Shown: positions 42,688 through 47,921 of the stretch, one piece after another
Numbering within the stretch: position 1 is the first letter of the stretch
Layout of the letters: every line of letters starts with the position of its first letter
Virus record (IMG/VR): IMGVR_UViG_3300016675_000127
Coordinates: 1-47,921 of that record
DNA: 47,921 nt
Origin: a virus
Taxonomy: Duplodnaviria; Caudoviricetes
Reading direction: 5' to 3' (one strand)
The notes under the pieces: model-generated
The model's input: only the letters and a program-made list of their open reading frames with translations
Database searches by the model: none
What the model was told of the DNA's origin: nothing
Position numbers and translations under genes: made by a program

Positions 42688-45600
42688 ATGGCATACGGTT
42701 TAAAATATACAGCAACAGCTTACGGACTTTCAAATGTTGCTTGGAAAGTGGAATTATTAGAAAATGGATATTCAGGTTCAAGTTCAGAAATTCAACTTGT
42801 CGGTAATGGCATAAAAATCGGATACGACAACGAAGACGACAGATTCAACAATATTTATTCTCGTTATGCAATTATAGATTTAAAGGTAACATCTACTTTT
42901 AATTTAGATTCACTTCAATTCGATGACGAAAGAAAGTTTCAAGTAAAAATATATAAAAATAATGCCGTTGAATTTATCGGCTGGTTAATACCTTTTTATT
43001 CCTCACAAGAATTTGAAGATGAATCTTTAGCTACTATATCTATACAAGCAAAAGACGGCATTAATCAACTAAAAAATATAGCATATTATAATTCAAATCC
43101 AACATCTATCAGCTTTAAACAAAGCTTTAAAGATGTTATTTCACAATCTTTAAGTCAAACGGGATATGCTTTAGATTTAGAAATATATTACAATAAATAT
43201 GATGCTTCAATGGCAAAAACAACAAGTGATTGTCCATTAGCACAGCTTTATTTTAATGTAAATACTTTATCAAAAAACGAGACAGAATGGTATAATTTTT
43301 ACGAAGTATTACAAAGGTTATTAACTATTCACAATCTTAGACTGTTTCAAGGTGCTGGAAAATGGGTAATAATCGACCAAATGGACTTAATTGAGGGCGT
43401 TATTTATGGTCGAAAATACAATAGTTCAGGAACGAAAATTGCAAATGTTTCTTTAAATTCAGATTCAATAATTCATACTGGCGGATTAAAAGTAAAAACA
43501 AATACAATTGTAAGAAAAGATATACCTTACAAACAATATTCAGCATTTTTTAACGCTGGAGCTTTATCAAATCTACTTAAAAATGGAGAATTAACAAGCT
43601 TTAGCGGATTAATGCCAAACGGATGGAGTAAAGTAGGTACTTGGGGATTTGGTGATTATGGACCAAACGTAACAGATGGCGTAAACAATGGTATTAAATT
43701 TCAAAACAAATATACTCAAAGCTTAAATTATAATGACACACACTATTTTGAAAGTGAAGAGATTGACGTATCAAGTTATGACGCATTTACTCTCGATTTT
43801 GAAGCTTATGCTGACTCAACCATAGACGCAATAAAAATTGGTATTAAATTATATGATAATACTGGTATAAGTTCAACTGAATATTTTGTCGATAAAATGG
43901 GTATTCCACGACAAGATGGACGAGCCGCAATAATTGAAAAAGGATTTTTAGATACGTTTTTTAAGTTTCAAATTGAATGTATAATTAGTTCAGCTACATT
44001 GTATTTGGGTAATATCACTGCTTTAAAAGTTAGAATATATCCTGGTTTTACTTATAATACCGTACCTACAAATACAATTGTAAAATATAGAAACTTACAA
44101 TTAAGGGCAAAAGATGAAGAAGTATCTAAGTTTAAAGGTAGATATTTTCAAGTAACAAATACAGATTTACCAAAAACGTCTAAAAATGCAGAAACTTATG
44201 ACGTTTATTATCAGGATAATTTAGATTTTATAAAAGCTAACTATAATAATTTCTTATATGTTGGTGATTCAGATATTGAAACGCAATCTTGGAAGCGAAA
44301 CACTGATACTGAAAGCAATCCTTTAGTAGTTTCGGTATTAAAAGATAAATTAGCCGTTACAGCAACTTATAATGACATTTTAGAAGGTAGTGTATTTGGA
44401 TTTTTAGATTTTATAAATACTCCTATCATTACAGCTTCAAATAAACGTTTTTTAGTATTAAATACTGCTTATAATTTACAAGAAAATGCAACTGAACTAA
44501 ATTTAGTTGAGCTAAAATCTAGTGAAGTACAATATAATACAAGTACAACAGACGATTATGGTGGCAATAATACCGTAAATTCGACAAGTTCTCACGGATC
44601 ATTTAATTTAGATTCTAAGGCAGTAAGAAAATATATTCCCGAAGCAGGCGGTAATATGTATGGAGAGTTATTGGTGACAGGAAGTATTGATGCTGTACCT
44701 TTAACTTCTACTGATATTCTCGCTATAAATAAAGGTATTTTAAATATTGCTCCCGATTATGCTACTACTGTAAACTTAGGCAATGATTTAAGCACTTTAA
44801 ACATATTTGGTGATACAATATTAGATACAGGACTACTACAATTAAATGCTGATGGAAACACTAATATAGGTTTATCAGTACTTACAAGCGGAGTAGAATC
44901 TAATTATTTTAAATTAATAAATGACACTTGGACAACTGACACAGGATTTAAAGGCGACTATTTAGACTTTAATACTTCAAGTACTGCATTAGGTGCAATT
45001 GGTCGTTTAAAGTGGAATGACCAAGATGGTACTTTAGATTTAGGACTAAAAGGTGGTAATGTTACTTTACAAATCGGACAAGAGCAAGTTTTAAGAGTAG
45101 TAAATAAAACTGGTGCTACATTAAATGAAGCTGATTTTAGAGCTGTAAGAATTAGAGATGTTAGTGAAGGTGGTTCGCAAGGTAATAGATTAGCGGTAAA
45201 ATTAGCACAAGGAAATAGTGATGCGGATTCAGCGACAACAATTGGAATAGTAACAGAAACAATTGCCGATAATCAAGAAGGTTTTATAACTACAAGCGGA
45301 AACGTAAGTAATATTGACACTACTGGTACTAAAAGCTTTGGCGGTGCTGAAACTTGGAACGCTGGCGACATTCTTTATTTAGACCCATTGCACGCTGGAT
45401 ATTTGACTAATGTAAAACCACAAGCTCCGAATCATACTATTATAGTTGGATGGGTTGTAAATGCTCACCAAAATCAAGGTAAAATATTTGTAAAAGTTGA
45501 TAATGGTTATGAAATAGACGAACTTCACAATGTCAAAATTACTACCGTAACAGACAAAGATGTTTTGATTTATAATAACACTTTAGGGGTTTGGGAAAAT

Positions 45601-47921
45601 AAATCAATACTAAATGCAGGTTTATTAGATGGTAGCGGTACGGCTAATTATCTACCAAAATGGAGCGATTCTAATACTTTGACTGATTCTATTTTATATG
45701 AGTTAAGTGGGAAAATAGGTATTGGAACAACTACACCTGCTAGTACATTAACGGTAAACGGTGACATTCAGATTTTAAGTACTAATAAATTAAATTTTAC
45801 AAGTACAGCAGGAACTAATTATATAAATTCACCTATTGCAAATACTTTAGCATTTATAAATAATAGTGTTGAAACATTTAGAATAAATTCAAGTAATAAT
45901 TTTCTAATTGGAACTACAACAGACGTAGGTGCTAAATTATCAGTAAATGGCGATAGTTTTTTAAATGGTGCAGTTGGTATAGGTTCTTCAAGTTTAACTG
46001 GAATTAATTTTAGGATTAGTAGAACTTTAACATCTACTACATCTTATTCAGTTTACATAGATAGTGGAATTTCAAATACAGTAACATCAGAAGCATTTTT
46101 ATTTAGAACAGTAGGCAATGTACTAGCTAACACAACTCCATTATCGTATTTATATCATTATACAGCAGGAAATACAGTTTGGGGTGGAAGTGTAACTACA
46201 CAATTTGGATTTGTTGTATTGCCAAATTTGAATAATGCTACAAATAACTATGGTATTTATAGTGCAATACCAACAGGTTCTAATAATAATTGGAACTTAA
46301 TGATGGTAGGTACTGCACCTAATTACATGGAAGGTAGTTTAGGTATTGGTGATACTTCATTAACTGGATTTAATTTAAAAGTTTCAAAAAAAATAACTGG
46401 ATCATTTACTGGCATTTCAATATATCAATCAGGGCAGGTACAAACAGATGTTTCAAATGCTTATGGATTTAGAAATGATGCAACATCTGCATCTTCAATA
46501 AGTAATTTTACAAACTATACTCATTATCTTGCAAATCAAGCTACAATGAGTTCAAGTCCAACAAATCATTTTGGATTTAGTGTATCAAATTTGACATCTG
46601 GTACTAATATTTATGGATTTTTAGGAAATTTATCATCTGCATCTACAAAATGGAACTTATACATGGCAGGTACTGCAAAGAATTACTTAAACGGTTCTTT
46701 GCTAATAGGTACAACAACAGACAATGGATATAAGTTAGATGTAACAGGAACAGGAAGATTTACAGGTGTAGTTCAATTTGATGCAATACCTACTCATTCA
46801 TTAACTCCAAGTTTAGCAAATCATATTGTAAATAAAGCGTATGTTGATAGTTTAGCATTAGTAAAAAGAGGTGATAATGTTAAAACAATATCATTAACTA
46901 ATATTACTTTAAGCGGTACACAAACTATCAATGGAGTTGCTTTAGTTGCTGGCGATTTGATATTAGTTGCAGGACAAACAACACAGACAACGAATGGAGT
47001 TTATGTTGTTTCAAGTGGAGCTTGGACAAGAAGTGCAAATAATGATTCAGATGCAGAAATTAGAGGAGCTTATCATTATATTACTGCTGGAACTTATGCG
47101 AATCAACGTTATATAAACACAAATACAAGTGCTATTACAATTGGCACAACAAATATTACTTATGCAATAGATTTTGGATCTGAAACAGACCCAGTTTGGA
47201 CTGCTTTTAAAACTGAAAACTCTATAACCACAACATCAATATCAAATTGGAATACTGCATATACAAACACAACAAACGGAACATTTTATTTAGCTACAAA
47301 TCCAAGTAATTATATCACTTTAAGTAGTTTGTCAGCAGGTGCAGGCTTATCTTATAACTCAGTAACAGGAGTATTTAGTTATTCAGGAACTATTTATACA
47401 GATAGTTTAATTAGAGGTTTAATTAGCGGTACTGCTCCTATAAGCTATAATAGTACAACTGGAGTAATTTCAATGCTTTCAGCAAATGGTTCACGTGATG
47501 GATATTTAACTTCAACAGATTGGACTACTTTTAATAATAAACAAAATGCTTTAACTAATCCAATTACTGGAACTGGTACTACAAATTATATTTCTAAATT
47601 TAGTAGTACATCAGCATTAACAAATTCAATTATTTTTGACAACGGTAATAATGTAGGAATTGGCACTGCATCTCCAAGCTCAAAACTATCAATTGTAAAT
47701 GGAGGGCAAAGTATTTTTTTAGGTACAGGAGCAAATACAAATCCATATTCATTAAGTATTGGAGTAAATGATGATGGAGTAAATATTTCAAATAATTCAT
47801 CAGTTAGAGGTTTTAATTTCCTAAATAATAGTGGAAATATATTGACAATGTCAGCATCAAGAAATATTGGCATTGGAACAACAACTCCAAGTTATAAACT
47901 TCATGTTGTAGGTGACATAAA
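42688..47921 (+). CDS. Giant tail tip/fibre protein (continues across the junction to 968; ~2059 aa)
   Basis: ATG 4 nt after the TMP stop (MAYGLKY...); the frame runs off the end, so it is absent from the ORF track. It has GIGTTTP repeats and a NITLSGTQTINGV...QT...NGVYVV...WTRS fibre domain. Confidence 0.88.
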   Translation, partial: MAYGLKYTATAYGLSNVAWKVELLENGYSGSSSEIQLVGNGIKIGYDNEDDRFNNIYSRYAIIDLKVTSTFNLDSLQFDDERKFQVKIYKNNAVEFIGWLIPFYSSQEFEDESLATISIQAKDGINQLKNIAYYNSNPTSISFKQSFKDVISQSLSQTGYALDLEIYYNKYDASMAKTTSDCPLAQLYFNVNTLSKNETEWYNFYEVLQRLLTIHNLRLFQGAGKWVIIDQMDLIEGVIYGRKYNSSGTKIANVSLNSDSIIHTGGLKVKTNTIVRKDIPYKQYSAFFNAGALSNLLKNGELTSFSGLMPNGWSKVGTWGFGDYGPNVTDGVNNGIKFQNKYTQSLNYNDTHYFESEEIDVSSYDAFTLDFEAYADSTIDAIKIGIKLYDNTGISSTEYFVDKMGIPRQDGRAAIIEKGFLDTFFKFQIECIISSATLYLGNITALKVRIYPGFTYNTVPTNTIVKYRNLQLRAKDEEVSKFKGRYFQVTNTDLPKTSKNAETYDVYYQDNLDFIKANYNNFLYVGDSDIETQSWKRNTDTESNPLVVSVLKDKLAVTATYNDILEGSVFGFLDFINTPIITASNKRFLVLNTAYNLQENATELNLVELKSSEVQYNTSTTDDYGGNNTVNSTSSHGSFNLDSKAVRKYIPEAGGNMYGELLVTGSIDAVPLTSTDILAINKGILNIAPDYATTVNLGNDLSTLNIFGDTILDTGLLQLNADGNTNIGLSVLTSGVESNYFKLINDTWTTDTGFKGDYLDFNTSSTALGAIGRLKWNDQDGTLDLGLKGGNVTLQIGQEQVLRVVNKTGATLNEADFRAVRIRDVSEGGSQGNRLAVKLAQGNSDADSATTIGIVTETIADNQEGFITTSGNVSNIDTTGTKSFGGAETWNAGDILYLDPLHAGYLTNVKPQAPNHTIIVGWVVNAHQNQGKIFVKVDNGYEIDELHNVKITTVTDKDVLIYNNTLGVWENKSILNAGLLDGSGTANYLPKWSDSNTLTDSILYELSGKIGIGTTTPASTLTVNGDIQILSTNKLNFTSTAGTNYINSPIANTLAFINNSVETFRINSSNNFLIGTTTDVGAKLSVNGDSFLNGAVGIGSSSLTGINFRISRTLTSTTSYSVYIDSGISNTVTSEAFLFRTVGNVLANTTPLSYLYHYTAGNTVWGGSVTTQFGFVVLPNLNNATNNYGIYSAIPTGSNNNWNLMMVGTAPNYMEGSLGIGDTSLTGFNLKVSKKITGSFTGISIYQSGQVQTDVSNAYGFRNDATSASSISNFTNYTHYLANQATMSSSPTNHFGFSVSNLTSGTNIYGFLGNLSSASTKWNLYMAGTAKNYLNGSLLIGTTTDNGYKLDVTGTGRFTGVVQFDAIPTHSLTPSLANHIVNKAYVDSLALVKRGDNVKTISLTNITLSGTQTINGVALVAGDLILVAGQTTQTTNGVYVVSSGAWTRSANNDSDAEIRGAYHYITAGTYANQRYINTNTSAITIGTTNITYAIDFGSETDPVWTAFKTENSITTTSISNWNTAYTNTTNGTFYLATNPSNYITLSSLSAGAGLSYNSVTGVFSYSGTIYTDSLIRGLISGTAPISYNSTTGVISMLSANGSRDGYLTSTDWTTFNNKQNALTNPITGTGTTNYISKFSSTSALTNSIIFDNGNNVGIGTASPSSKLSIVNGGQSIFLGTGANTNPYSLSIGVNDDGVNISNNSSVRGFNFLNNSGNILTMSASRNIGIGTTTPSYKLHVVGDI
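47900..47921. repeat. Terminal direct repeat, right copy
   Basis: Identical to 1-22. Confidence 0.95.

Noticed and set aside
1043-47873. Short reverse-strand or nested ORFs in the track (e.g. 1043, 2225, 2681, 2762, 3203, 6644, 11772, 17164, 21098, 34320, 47586)
   Set aside because: They are shadow ORFs overlapping well-supported genes, with no motifs or leaders.
1-47921. Stop-codon reassignment or a diversity-generating retroelement
   Set aside because: Genes are intact in the standard code and end in TAA, TAG and TGA; no reverse transcriptase or TR/VR pair was seen.
47900-47921. Biological direct terminal repeat
   Set aside because: A 22-bp overlap in the middle of a gene is typical of assembler circularisation, not of a virion end.

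Overview
The window looks like a complete, circularly permuted ~47.9 kb siphovirus genome: bases 1-22 are identical to bases 47900-47921, giving a 47,899 bp circle. The host is most likely a Bacteroidota, judging by the AT-rich sequence, TAnnTTTG promoters, A-rich leaders without Shine-Dalgarno sites and signal peptides that cleave before Gln. Layout: tail end and lysis (1-7130); a short leftward operon (7282-8580); a long rightward early/middle region of small genes including ThyX, replication proteins, a C5 MTase, SSB, ERF, NinB/NinG, MazG, an antirepressor and HNH (8743-28354); a ParB-MTase, terminase and HK97-type head with an inserted GT4 glycosyltransferase, then tail genes with a -1 frameshift chaperone, tape measure and one ~2059-aa tail protein spanning the junction, which the ORF track misses. 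No integrase, CI repressor, polymerase, RT or CRISPR array was recognised. The most unusual content is non-coding: (1) integron-attC-like gene cassettes with no integrase, (2) three tRNA-shaped elements lacking a normal anticodon arm, (3) short terminator-ended RNAs antisense to start-codon regions, one of them behind a duplicated bipartite promoter, and (4) two kissing-loop leader RNAs with the same fold but different loop sequences. All product calls come from motifs and synteny read by eye; no database search was run.
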